A stretch of 63,112 nt of DNA, counting the filler, from Octopus bimaculoides (lineage: Eukaryota), in NCBI RefSeq assembly GCF_001194135.2. It is 5 parts of 5 records of this genome, joined end to end, with 100 filler letters (N's around TTAATTAATTAA, not from the genome) between each part and the next. Parts side by side here need not be neighbours in the genome. Positions count along the whole stretch, not along the records: positions 1 to 28,251 come from NC_068983.1; 4 more parts are not named here. The stretch is one strand, 5' to 3'. The notes under the pieces were generated by a model. It ran no database searches, had not been told where the DNA came from, and was given only the letters and a program-made list of their open reading frames with translations. Shown in pieces: positions 1 to 11,600 of this stretch. Made by a program: the position numbers and the translations under genes. Every line of letters starts with the position of its first letter. Within the stretch, counting starts at the first letter, position 1.

Positions 1-42
<42 letters not shown>

Positions 43-82
43 ATAATAGTAATTTATGGAGGAAATTTACACATTTTTAATG

Positions 83-199
83 CATCGCTACTTGCGTTTC
101 CACGACCATACTCCGTATTCCAGGCAGATTACAGTACAGTCCATAGTCTCCATGGACATCAGATGGATTATATTCATGCGTTCCTTTCTTCAGGCGATA
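83..199 (-). ncRNA. Candidate type I hammerhead with extended stem II
   Basis: Minus strand ATCGC-CTGAAGA-[86 nt, includes hairpin TCCAT/ATGGA]-GAAAC-GCAA-GTA-GCGAT. Pairing at the base of stem II is poor. Confidence 0.45.
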
Positions 200-2075
200 T
201 AGCGTTAACTTTGGAAGTACCACATACTCATTTATATGTACAGTTACAGAATTTTTACTTCGATAAATCATACATGAAATATTGTTTGATTATTGATAAA
301 TTGATTTCCAGATAGGATTAGTTCTGTTCTAGTCTGCTGACGTATTGGTTTGCTTCTTCCGAGTGTTGTTAATTTTTGTCCTATGGAACTGAATCAACGA
401 CTTTTTCAATATCGGCAAAGGACTGAGTCTTTTGCTGAGCTTTCGCTAACGCTATTACTGCTGTAACTACTTTCGTTGTCGCTGCTCTCATTGTTTATTA
501 TTACTATTGGGGCTGTCTATTTCTGTTGCTACTGCTTGTTGCTCCAGTGGCATTGCATTGGAAATGAATTCTTCTCTCCCACTGGAGATTGTATGGGTCT
601 CTATGACATATCACTGCTGTTGCTGTTGACGTTGCTGTTCTTAGTGTTGTCGCTACTGCTGTAGCCATTATTGTTAGTTACTACTACGTGTGTATTATTG
701 CGTAGTGGGAAGAGTCGAATTCAAACGAGAGTTACACTTTCTGTCTTCCTTACATGTTGCCCGGCTGGCAAAAGTGTAGCGATTTTGAAAAGTTTTGCCA
801 CATACGTCAAGTAAGAGAAACGGTTGACAAGTTCCCTATAGTTCCGGTGACGTTCATAACAAGGCAGAACAATAAAATCAATAAAAGCAAACCTCTAAAT
901 AGTAAACGCCACAGAAACTGAGGGAGCACCCAAAACGAGTTCAGACGAAAAACAACAATAACAACGACAACAACGACAAAGACAACAGCAACAGTAATAG
1001 TAATGATAATGGTGGTAATAATAACGGTCACCCCGTCAATTTTGACGTTGGAGTGTTTGAAGGAAACGTTAAGAAAATAAAGATTAATATTCAGTTGCAT
1101 CTATGTGCAATGGATGCGTGAATGTAACTTGGGGTCCAGGTGTGGGTTTTGTTATGAAGTCACACTGGGAACGATGATGATTCTGATTTGCCTGAGATTG
1201 GACAAATGTGTCTGTTGATTACAGGATAAAGTTCTTTTATTGTTCTATTTCTTTAGCTAAAATTGGTGGTGGTGATGATAGTGATAATGATGGTAATGAT
1301 GATAATAACAATGATAATAATAATGATTCCATTTATTTGCCACAAGGGCGAAGGATGAGGGGGACAAGAGAAATACAGTCATAAAGTGAGGGGGCTTACG
1401 TATGCTGAAATGATAAAAACTAAAGGAAATAAACAAAGTAAGTATACACGATCTACGCTGTAAGCGAAGGGACATATGCATAGCGTACAAATGTTTAAAC
1501 AAGTGGCGGGGAGGATGATAGAGATGTGGCCCTCCTGATACTGGAAGGCCTATAGGGATGACCGAAGAATCCCACTGTCTGAGATTTCCCTGAAACCTCA
1601 GGTGCAAGTACCCACTTCAATTCCTTCTCTCCGACTAACAGGTTTACACTTAGAGAAGTACCATCCACTCTTGCCATTTTCGCAACTTTCACTCTCCTTT
1701 CAGTAAACTCACCCGAGGACAGCATTTCCCTCTCCAAGCTGACCCCGGGCTACAAACATTTACGCACCCTACTCTGAAAACGACTATATTTATCGGAGAA
1801 ACAAAATAGGTCACTTACTTTGGACTTTGTGAGGGGCGGCTGATTCAGCTGCCTCGTCTGAGGCATTATCATTAATGATGGACTTTCTTAAAATCCTTTT
1901 ATCTGGCTTTAGCCTAAAAGACCCAATGGACCCCAGTCTTCAACTGGACCTTATTTTATCGATCCCGAATGGATAAAAAGCAAAGTCGACTTCGGTGGAA
2001 TTTAAATATAATAATAATAATAATAATGATAATAATAATAATAATAATAATAATGATAATAATAATAATGATAAA

Positions 2076-2125
<50 letters not shown>

Positions 2126-3043
2126 GGTCGTCATCAAGTGATTGATCAAGACCAAATTTGCAGTCAAATGCACAAAAGAAAAAAAACGAAAAAGGAGAAC
2201 AATGTAAAGAAAATTGTAATAGAATGCTGGCTGAGAAGTGAGCCAAATAAAAAAAAGGCTTCATGAATCGAATGAAGAGAATATAGGAGGAAAAGGAGGT
2301 TTTGAAGCATCCGCCCAGCGAATGATAGACCAAACAAGAGCAATCCGTAGGAACGACTAGATTACGGGAGTAGAGATTGAAGGCATTCAGGGAAACATAA
2401 GACTCAGAAAGAACTGAGTGAATTGAACAGGACAATGAGAAGAGAGCTCAAGAATAAGGTAGTAATCAGAAAATTGAATGGACAGTACACGTTTGAAGAA
2501 AGAGCAAATCAAACTGTACATGAAGAATTAACACAAAATGTGACAGCATTAAAAGTCAAATTAAATGTCAATTGATTCTAGATGCAAAAGTTTCGATCAG
2601 AATAGATTGTTCCGATCAAATAGATGGCGTCTATTTGAGGAAATAGAGGGAGGCCAACACTAGGAACTGTTTCCAGATGCGGAAAAAAGTAAAGAATTTT
2701 AGGGAAGGCTGTGAAACAGTCCGGCGAGACATAAAGAAAGCGCGGAATGACTAACAAAGGTGGAGAGACAACTTGTAGCTGTACCAAGACAAAAAGACGT
2801 CAGAATTAATCTATATACAGTGAGACAGAAGTTTAAAAAATAGCAAATTGGAAAGGACCAGGCCGGATGGAGTACAAGACTACTGGCTGAAGAACTCTAC
2901 ACTGTTGCATGAAAAGATCGCTGCACAACTGGATGACTACCTGCAGCAAGATCACGTCCTTGCCTGGATGACAAGTGGACGAACGCTACTATGCCTCAAG
3001 GATCCCTTGAAAGGGAACTTGGCATCAAATTACACATATACAC
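2126..3043 (+). mobile_element. R4/Dong-like (RLE) non-LTR retrotransposon, degenerate 5'/RT fragment
   Basis: Begins right after (TAA)n at ~2010-2125. Frame-shifted peptides KIVIECWLRSEP, QRMIDQTRAIRRND, QNRLFRSN, and RT-domain PDGVQDYWLKNSTLLHEKIAAQL...WMTSGRTLLCLKDPLKGNLASNY; runs into a gap. Confidence 0.75.
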
Positions 3044-3309
3044 NNNNNNNNNNNNNNNNNNNNNNNNNNNNNNNNNNNNNNNNNNNNNNNNNNNNNNNNN
3101 NNNNNNNNNNNNNNNNNNNNNNNNNNNNNNNNNNNNNNNNNNNTACAATGTAGAGCTTTTCTTTTTGGGAGGGGGAAGGAAGAGAAAAAAAAAGTAGGGG
3201 TGGACGTCGATCAAAAGGGATCGTAGGAAGGAAAAAAGGGGGGAGTTCGATCAAAAGGGACCGAGAGAAAAAAAAACGATCAATAGGGATCGTGTATCAC
3301 AGTAATGTT

Positions 3310-3355
<46 letters not shown>

Positions 3356-4255
3356 TATAGATAGATAGATAGATAGATAGATTTACAAACGAAATAAAAG
3401 AAAACTCAACACACATTTTATAGAGGTTTACAATTTAGAATCTAAATCTGCATTACTTAATTTCACAGAAAGAAAAGCATGTCTGATCGCTTGATTTCGT
3501 TGATGCTAAGTGATATGGCATCGACGGCTTCCATATAAATCAAATTGGCATTGAATGATGTTTAAATGTCGTTTCTATTAGCCAGTTGGAGATACAGCCA
3601 TCAGTAAGATGATTATTATGTGCTACGCTGACTGTTAAACGGCTACAGAATCGAGCGCAACATTAGTGAAAAATACTTGAATATTACCCCTTAATTTCAT
3701 AAAGTATTTCAGTGAAAGTCAATGAGGAAGAGCATCATCGAGAAAGCTTCAGGTAAAACTGGAGAAATGGTGGAGCTTTCTTTTTCCTTGGATCTCAAAG
3801 TGTGTATGTACTAAGAGGACATTCCTATAAAGTGATCAATTCTTCCTAGAAACACCGTTCTTGGAATGACAGAATTTTCGCAGCGGTTATGTGTACTAGT
3901 TTTGGTAGCAGCAGATTTTTTCTGTCGTAATGCGTGATATTGTCTCAGTAACAGTAACTATGCTTGATATCAATCACATTGAAGGATATGTGAAATTTGT
4001 GTGCTTGGAATGGGTTGTCTGATTAGGACTAAAATGTATCCGGTTAAGTTTGTAGAAACATCGATAATAAACGACAAATTGAAAACTGATATTTTCCTCT
4101 TCCTATCTTCCAAGGTGAAAGAGAACGATGCCCCGTGTACACTAATTTCTAAATAAAGACACTCCTCCAAACGCCTCGTTGTAATGGGGTGCAATTCCTT
4201 CAAACATAAACATTATTTACATTTGACGGACATTTGCCTCATCTTGTTTGTTGTT

Positions 4256-4301
4256 AACACAACGTTTCGGCTGATATACCCTCCAGCCTTCATCAGGTGT
4301 C
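4256..4301 (-). ncRNA. Minimal type I hammerhead ribozyme motif (inverted arm)
   Basis: Reverse complement reads GACAC-CTGATGA-A-GGCTG-GAGGGTATAT-CAGCC-GAAAC-GTT-GTGTT. Confidence 0.8.
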
Positions 4302-4672
4302 TTTGGAAAATTTCGAAACTGGGTTCTCATTCATAAGGTATTTTTCGATGTTATTATTATTATTCAGGTCACTGTCTGGAATCGAACACGGAATCTTGGG
4401 GTTAGTAGCCCGCGCTCTTAACCACTACACCACGGGCTAATGGCGTAGTGGTTAAGAGCGTGGACTACTAACCCCAGATTCCGAGTTTGATTCCAGGCAG
4501 TGACCTGAATAATAATAATATTAATAATAATAATAATAACANNNNNNNNNNCTAACCCCAGATTCCGAGTTTGATTCCAGGCAGTGACCTGAATAATAAT
4601 AATATTAATAATAATAATAATAACATCGAAAAATACCTTAGGAATGAGAACCCAGGTTCGAAATTTCCCCAA

Positions 4673-4718
4673 GACACCTGATGAAGGCTGGAGGGTATAA
4701 CAGCCGAAACGTTGTGTT
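4673..4718 (+). ncRNA. Minimal type I hammerhead ribozyme motif
   Basis: GACAC-CTGATGA-A-GGCTG-GAGGGTATAA-CAGCC-GAAAC-GTT-GTGTT. Stem I GACAC/GTGTT, conserved core, stem II GGCTG/CAGCC, palindromic stem III AACGTT, NUH triplet GUU. Confidence 0.8.
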
Positions 4719-6118
4719 AACAAACCAGATGAGGACAAATATTCGTCAAATGTAAATAATGTACATAATTCTTCATCTCTTAAATATAGAACTGTATAAT
4801 CCTTCAAACATATCCTTACCCGGGAATTAATACGGTCTCTTCATTGGGTTTCCTATAGGGAGAGGTGCCTTGAGGCGTAAAATTATTATAAAAAGTATTG
4901 GTTGCGGTTCAATCGCTGGTAACAATTAAGTTTAAGCTAAACATTTTGGAGGTGCTTTCTATAATTTTCATTAATCTGTCCACAACGTGTCCATTCGTAT
5001 TGCATGAAATTGCCAGGCCATTGTATAAACCCGAGCTGTGGGAGGATGTACGTTCTTTTGGTGTGTCCAGAATAAATGATATATCAAGATCAGTGGTCTC
5101 AACTTCAACATAACTCACATAACTATTTTCTATTGTGATCCATTTAGAGTCCTTAAGAGTGACTCAACTTCTTGGCTTTTCACTACTATTCTAATATCCT
5201 TGATACCAGACTTAATCTGTTGATAAATTTGTTATCAATGTCACATAATATCAATTGTAGAAAGGGAATTGGATACAAGTTTTTAAAAAAAAACAGGAGA
5301 GATCTATCTTTTCTGTGGCTAGAGCATAGAAATTATGGCCACCACTATAATTTGACGTTTATCAGGTACCTTATAATAAATGTTTCAAGAAAGGAACATT
5401 GCATCCGTGTGTGCGGGTCTTAAGCTTCATCAGGCTCAATAACGACACTAGCCCACTCACAGGTACTGACAACACTTAATAATGCATCACAAGGATTCAT
5501 TCAAGTTGCAACTTTTGTAATTTTGGAAAGGTTAAGTGCACTCTTGATTTTCTGAAGCACTTATAGTTATCTTATTGAGTAATTTTGCACTACGTTACAA
5601 TATCAGATATATAAGAAGACATCAGCTACAGTTAATTCAGAGAGAGGGCCTCTGTATTCAAATTTTACTTTCAGATGCTGGCGCAGGAATTCTTGACTAA
5701 GTATGAGGTCAAAACACAGGTCGCTCCAAACGCCAAGCTGTATGGTAATATATGTGTGGTTATTAAGTTCAAGCGTTTGGGTCTACAACAACATAGCCCT
5801 TGGAATTAGTGTTTAATGATTCGCAGGCCATAGTGGTTACTTCGTCGTATAGGTAAGCATATAAATTTAGTTCTCACGCGGTTTTCTCACTAACGTAACT
5901 TTCAATACTGCGGGAATCTGAAAGAGTGTTTAACCATTTCGCCTTCAATGTTACAGAGGTTATAGCTTAAACAAGTCCTTAGAGTATAATAGTAAGTGTG
6001 GTCAGTACGTAAAAATCGACCACTGTCGCTTTTTGAGCCTTATAGGGCCTAGATTTGCAAACGCGGGCATATTGTTCCCTTCTTGAGACATTCATTACAC
6101 AGCTATCTTCATAATCTT

Positions 6119-7170
6119 ACATTAATCCCGACAAAATAGTCTTGGAGACAATTGCTTAGCAAATTTCAAGACCTATTAAAATATCAGAGGTCTTCATATA
6201 AACCTCGGCCTGTCAGAAAATTACGATGTGAAAATACTATGGAACTTTAACATACAGACTATTAAGCATCATATTATTTTCAATGACCAAACTATAGTAT
6301 TATGTACTAATTACTGACATAGTAATACCATATGGTTATACTCTTGTGCAGAAGTGAACCGAAAAGTAAGAAATTATACCGACCTAGCTGATGAGTCAAA
6401 GACATTATGGTTGTTAAAGAATGCATCTACCAACCTGCTTATAGTTGACACAATTGAATTAAACATACCATTTCTATAAAGACGCTGAAACTTCAATGGT
6501 AAAGAAACCACAAAAGAACTACTTTCCTTTTGGTGATGATGATAATGAAAATAAAACTAAACGTGAATAGAAGTGTTCGTGCTGAACAATGATGTTCAGA
6601 TTAACAAAAACATACAACGTTCAAAGTCAACAAGAAGTTCAATGTTACGTAAAAATTCCGTAACAATATTTGCAGATCCTATTATTGATATTTTCTAGAA
6701 CGTACTTACATCTATCCTTACAAATATTTTTTCAGTGTCGATTGTATCAATTATAAACAAGTTGGTTAGATACATTCCTTAACAACCATAAAGTTTTTGC
6801 TTCATCAATTAGGTCGGTATAATTTCTTACTTTTCGGTTCTGCGCAAGAGTATATGGTATTACTATATCAATAATTAGAACACAATAGCATAGTTTGGTC
6901 ATTGAAAATAATATGTTACTTAGTAGTCTGTATGTTAAAGTTCCAAAGTATTTTCACGTCATAATTTTCTATGACAGGCCGAGGTTTAAATGAGCACTAC
7001 TGATATTTTACTTGAAGGACTTGAAATTTGGTAGTTAGATAGTACAAATTTGTTAAGCAATTGTCACCTAGAATATTTTGTCGGGATTAATGTAAACCAT
7101 CCTGATGCGATGTTGTAGTGTTTCATAAAATGCACCATAAAAGGCGATATTTTTTAGTATATTGCATGAA
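6119..7170. mobile_element. Inverted pair of R4/Dong-like RLE-domain fragments
   Basis: 6119-6457 is the imperfect reverse complement of 6738-7093. The arms encode KPRPVIENYDVKILWNFNIQT and RKVRNYTDLADESKTLW, similar to the RLE 'KILWDFNIQTD...KYQDL..LW'. Confidence 0.65.
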
Positions 7171-8041
7171 ATGTGAACATTCCATCTAATTTTTATATAA
7201 GACCTGTTACGATACAGGTAGAGAAATTTGAAAAGAAAATACGAAACCGGTTATTTCTCCAAATACAATGTTTCTATACTCAAAATTTTATAACATTTTT
7301 CTAACATAACGATTTAAATATATACTTTAACCATATAACACAAGCCTTCTGTAGCTTTTTCACTCTTGTTTATCTTATATATATATATATATATATATAT
7401 NNNNNNNNNNNNNNNNNNNNNNNNNNNNNNNNNNNNNNNNNNNNNNNNNNNNNNNNNNNNNNNNNNNNNNNNNNNNNNNNNNNNNNNNNNNNNNNNNNNN
7501 NNNNNNNNNNNNNNNNNNNNNNNNNNNNNNNNNNNNNNNNNNNNNNNNNNNNNNNNNNNNNNNNNNNNNNNNNNNNNNNNNNNNNNNNNNNNNNNNNNNN
7601 NNNNNNNNNNNNNNNNNNNNNNNNNNNNNNNNNNNNNNNNNNNNNNNNNNNNNNNNNNNNNNNNNNNNNNNNNNNNNNNNNNNNNNNNNNNNNNNNNNNN
7701 NNNNNNNNNNNNNNNNNNNNNNNNNNNNNNNNNNNNNNNNNNNNNNNNNNNNNNNNNNNNNNNNNNNNNNNNNNNNNNNNNNNNNNNNNNNNNNNNNNNN
7801 NNNNNNNNNNNNNNNNNNNNNNNNNNNNNNNNNNNNNNNNNNNNNNNNNNNNNNNNNNNNNNNNNNNNNNNNNNNNNNNNNNNNNNNNNNNNNNNNNNNN
7901 NNNNNNNNNNNNNNNNNNNNNNNNNNNNNNNNNNNNNNNNNNNNNNNNNNNNNNNNNNTATATATATATATATATATATGGTGCTGAAGTCCTGTTTTTG
8001 TATCGCGAACGATGTTGTTCTTTTTATCTCATTCCTTCCGG

Positions 8042-8629
8042 ATTTCTTCATTCAGGCAAAAGGTAGTTTGGGTTTCTTTTATTTATTTATCTATCTATCT
8101 ATCTATCTATTTATGAAGCATTTAGTTATTGAAAGTATTGGTCATGTAAAATCAAACCACGGTCGATATCTATGCCTTCATCATGCCTGTTTTTTATTAC
8201 TGCATTGGATATAGGATTTAGCGGTTCGAAGTGAGAATTTTTTGCTATGGATATAGTCGATTATCTGCTACTTTTAGGATCATAAAATGCATTTCATCCT
8301 TTCGTCGTAGATAAAATAAGTACCAAGTGAGTACTGACGTCGATGTAATTGACAAGCCCTACTCCTCGAAAATTTGGGACCACGTAGTATGGTTGATATT
8401 TCTTCATTCGGGCAAATAATAATGCAGTAATAAAAAACAGGCATCATGAAGGCATAGATATCGACCGTGGTTTGATTTTACTTGACCAATACTTTCAATA
8501 ACTGAATGCTTCATAAATAGATAGATAGATAAATAAATAAAAGAAACCCAAACTACCTTTTGCCTGAATGAAGAAATATCAACCGTACTACGTGGTCCCA
8601 AATTTGGGATATCGTAGTACGGTTGATAT
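8042..8629. repeat. Near-perfect inverted repeat / fold-back complex at the outer edge of the Gypsy 3' LTR
   Basis: 8042-8206 is the reverse complement of 8421-8577; 8371-8417 is the reverse complement of 8561-8606; hairpin 8576-8592/8613-8629 around TCCCAAATTTGGGA; SINE remnant in the spacer. Confidence 0.85.
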
Positions 8630-11600
8630 TGTCGACGATAGATAAATAATACACTGTAACAGTGTTATAACAATACAAAATAGAAACAGCGGCAGTAACA
8701 AACACGCAACTAACCAATAATCTTTTACGAACCAACAATCAGTATTTCCAACACACTAACTCGAAATGTAAATTGTACCTGGACTTCGAAGACCAAACTA
8801 CGAACTTCCGACTACGTCAGAACGTTACTATTTATATGTAGTGGTCCCGTTTATTCTCGTCAGAGGATACTCTCACCACAACATCTCCCCTTTTGAGATT
8901 TCGAGTTCCGAAGGAATAAAGAAATTATATTTATTATTATCATTTTTTAGTATCTTTTTCGCTTGGGCCTTATCTCACGATGTTCGGTCTGCTTCCATTT
9001 TCTCATGCTGGTTCTGCCGGATTCCATTACTTAGTGCTGGGACGTCGAATCCATCAAAAAATACTTCTATAGGAATTTCTCTCCGTTCTTCGGTATGTCT
9101 CTTCTTTAGCTGATTTATGTGTCTCTTATGTTCCCAGCGTGGTCCTTTAATTAGATACATCACACTTCCTATTTTTTTGGTTACAAGGCCATCCTCCAAG
9201 CCTTCTTTACTATTTCTGTAGGCTTTAAAATATACTTTATCTCTTACTTCGAAATATTTCGTTGCACCTTTCGTATTTCCTTTACATTTTTTTCTCACGA
9301 ACATCTTGGACTGGGGGTTACTCTATATATCCTTAAGAATTTTGTTAATGCTTAGTCGTTACTTACTTCTTTCCTAGCCTTTTTAACGCTCTTTTGAACG
9401 TGACCACGAATCTTTCTACCTGCCTATATGACCTCAAGTGGTAGAGTGGAGTGAAAATATACTTTATCACATGAATTTTTGCAGAAGTTCTTGAATTCAT
9501 ACCCCAAGAATTGTGTTCCATTATCAGAAACTAACGTTCTGGAACATTATCAGAAACTAACGTGTCTGGAACGTGAAAACAATTCATATAGGAACTTTAT
9601 AGTTGTCTTAGCGGTTGATTTATTGCGCCTGAATACCTCTGGCCACCTTTTACAGCTGTCTACCACGATTAGATACTAAGCGCCATTCACCGGTCCGGCA
9701 TAGTCGATGGGTTCTCAGTCTCTGGCCACGATTGATATTTTACCGGCAGAGCTTTGGCTGCGGACACGCAATCTCGACAAGTTCTTGCCAAATTTTCGAT
9801 ATTCCGTTCCATAGTCGGCCAATAGATGTAGCTCCTCATCAGAGCTTTCTTCCTCGACATTCCCGGGTGATCGCTGTGGAAATGCTGTGATTCACGCTTT
9901 GTAGTCGAGACTTCAACTCTTTGCGCATACATCAGAATATCATCGCATATTGAGAAACTACTCGAATTTGTATTTTTAATCTGCTTATTTTTTAAAGCTT
10001 CTTTCATTTTTGTAATATACTCATCGCCTACAGATTTCATTCTTATATCTTGTTCAGTCACTGGCAGTTTTTGAATAACATTAGTCATAATACTTTTTAT
10101 TTCATTTTCTGCGGCTATCACGATATCTTCTAGTGGTTCCGTATTTTTTTCGATGGAATATACTGCATTTTGAAATTGTAATTTAGTAATATTATAACCC
10201 AACGTTATAGTCGGTTCGCTGTATGGGTAGGTAACCCTTTCTTTGACCAATAAATTGATAGCAATAGTCGATGATTTGTTTGTAACAGAAAACTTTTACC
10301 ATGTAGAAACCTGTGAAATTTTTTCACATCAAAGATAATCGATAGGGCTTCTTTTTCTATCTCACTGTATTTTTCTCTGCCGTTATCAGCGAGCGCGAAA
10401 TATGAATCATTAGTTTCATACTTCCATCTTTATACTTGTGTAACAAAACTGCTCCTATTCCGTACTCCGAAGCATCAGACACTACAACAATGTCCATTTC
10501 AGGAACGAAATGCGCTAGAGACAGATCTGCGATTAGAATTTTTTTATTTCTTCAAATGAGTTTTGGCATTTAACCAACTAATTCCACTTTACTTCCTTTT
10601 TTAATAAGTCATTCAATAGAGCTCTTAATTTGTGTATGTTAGGAATGTAGTTTTGGTAGTAATTTGCCAGACCAAGAAACGCTTGTAGTTGGTATATTTA
10701 TTATGGCATCAGCCCTCGACACGTCAGGCTGTCTACCATTTTTATTAATTATTTGCCCTAAGTACTTAATTTGAGGTAAAAAGAACTCGCATTTTTCTTT
10801 ACTCAAAGTGAACCCGTACTCTTTCATTTTCTTGAACACAGCTTTTATATGCTCCACATGCTGTTCACGCGAATTATTCTTAATCAATATATCGTCCAAA
10901 TAAGGGATTGCAAATTCACAATCAGATAAAATAGCGTCCATGATTTGCTGAAATATTGCCGACGCAACCTTTAATTCAAAAGGCAACCGGGTATATTTAT
11001 ACAATCCTCTATGTGCATTTATTGTCAGATACTTTGAGCATTTATCATTTACTTTAATCTGTAAATAAGCATCAGACAGATCCAATTTGGAGAAAATTTT
11101 TCCACCATTTAATTTTGCGAAAATGTCCTTTGGAGTCGGGAGTGACATGTTTTTAAGCTAATGTTCAATCCTGTTGAGAAATCGGCACACAGCTTAATCT
11201 TATTATTTTTCTTTTTAATGCACACCGTGGGCATCATTTTGTTGATTCCACGCTTTTCTAGTCTGTCCAACTCTTTATTTATAATTTCAATTGCTGCGAA
11301 CGGTACTTTTCTGTTAGATTTAAATACAGGCACAGCGTTTTTCACTTACTTGAAAGCAGGCTTCAGTCTTTTTACATAGACCTAAGTCCTCCGATAGTAC
11401 TTGAAGAAACATCCTTTTCAATTTTCACTTCAATTCCTCAGATGATTTTCTTTTAACGAGACAACCATTTATGTTTTTGTAGTAGAGACTTATGGGGAGG
11501 TGCCATAAGTCAAATAACTCCAACCAATCCGTACCAAACAGATTGATTGTGTTCTCCATAATGAATACTTTTGCTTCGCGTGTTTCTCCTCGAAATGTGA

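Larger units (their letters stand above)
4196..4812. mobile_element. Palindromic tRNA-headed, hammerhead-bearing SINE-like insertion, copy A (coordinates include 13-bp TSD)
   Basis: Direct repeat TCCTTCAAACATA at 4196-4208 and 4800-4812. Internal long inverted repeat with two head-to-head tRNA-like heads (A box TGGCGTAGTGG, B box GTTCGATTCC/GTTTGATTCC) near 4365-4505. The right arm carries an extra ~37-nt tail. Confidence 0.88.
3440..5400 (-). mobile_element. Degenerate Penelope-like element (RT C-terminus and linker), interrupted by palindromic copy A
   Basis: Peptides GLY(RDD deleted)GLAISCNTNGHVVDRLMKII...SPYRKPNEETVL, then across the TSD DMFEGIAPHYNEA and RKRKISVFNLSFIIDVSTN. These resemble PLE RT 'GLYRDDGL...PYRKPN' and 'RKRKIIWFNPP'. 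Boundaries approximate. Confidence 0.65.

Noticed and set aside
1380-1900. Possible host exon (also 27400-28100, 34150-34540)
   Set aside because: Multiple stops in all frames; only weak resemblance to LINE ORF1 remnants, too degenerate to call.
4365-4505. Possible tRNA genes
   Set aside because: No proper acceptor stem and an unusual ACT anticodon; embedded in repeated elements, so these are SINE heads.
4461-4625. Apparent tandem duplication of the tRNA head in copy A
   Set aside because: The duplicate flanks a 10-N gap and is absent from copy B; it is an unmerged contig overlap.
5425-6400. CTGATGA hits at ~5430 (minus) and ~6388 (plus); similar hits at 36810, 42822, 57956 and 59259
   Set aside because: No downstream GAAA/NUH/stem I; several lie inside TE coding sequence.
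7314-8214. Long ORFs spanning N gaps (also 19198-19952, 35812-36605, 46824-47696, 49635-50409, 56011-57315)
   Set aside because: Their length comes from X codons in assembly gaps.
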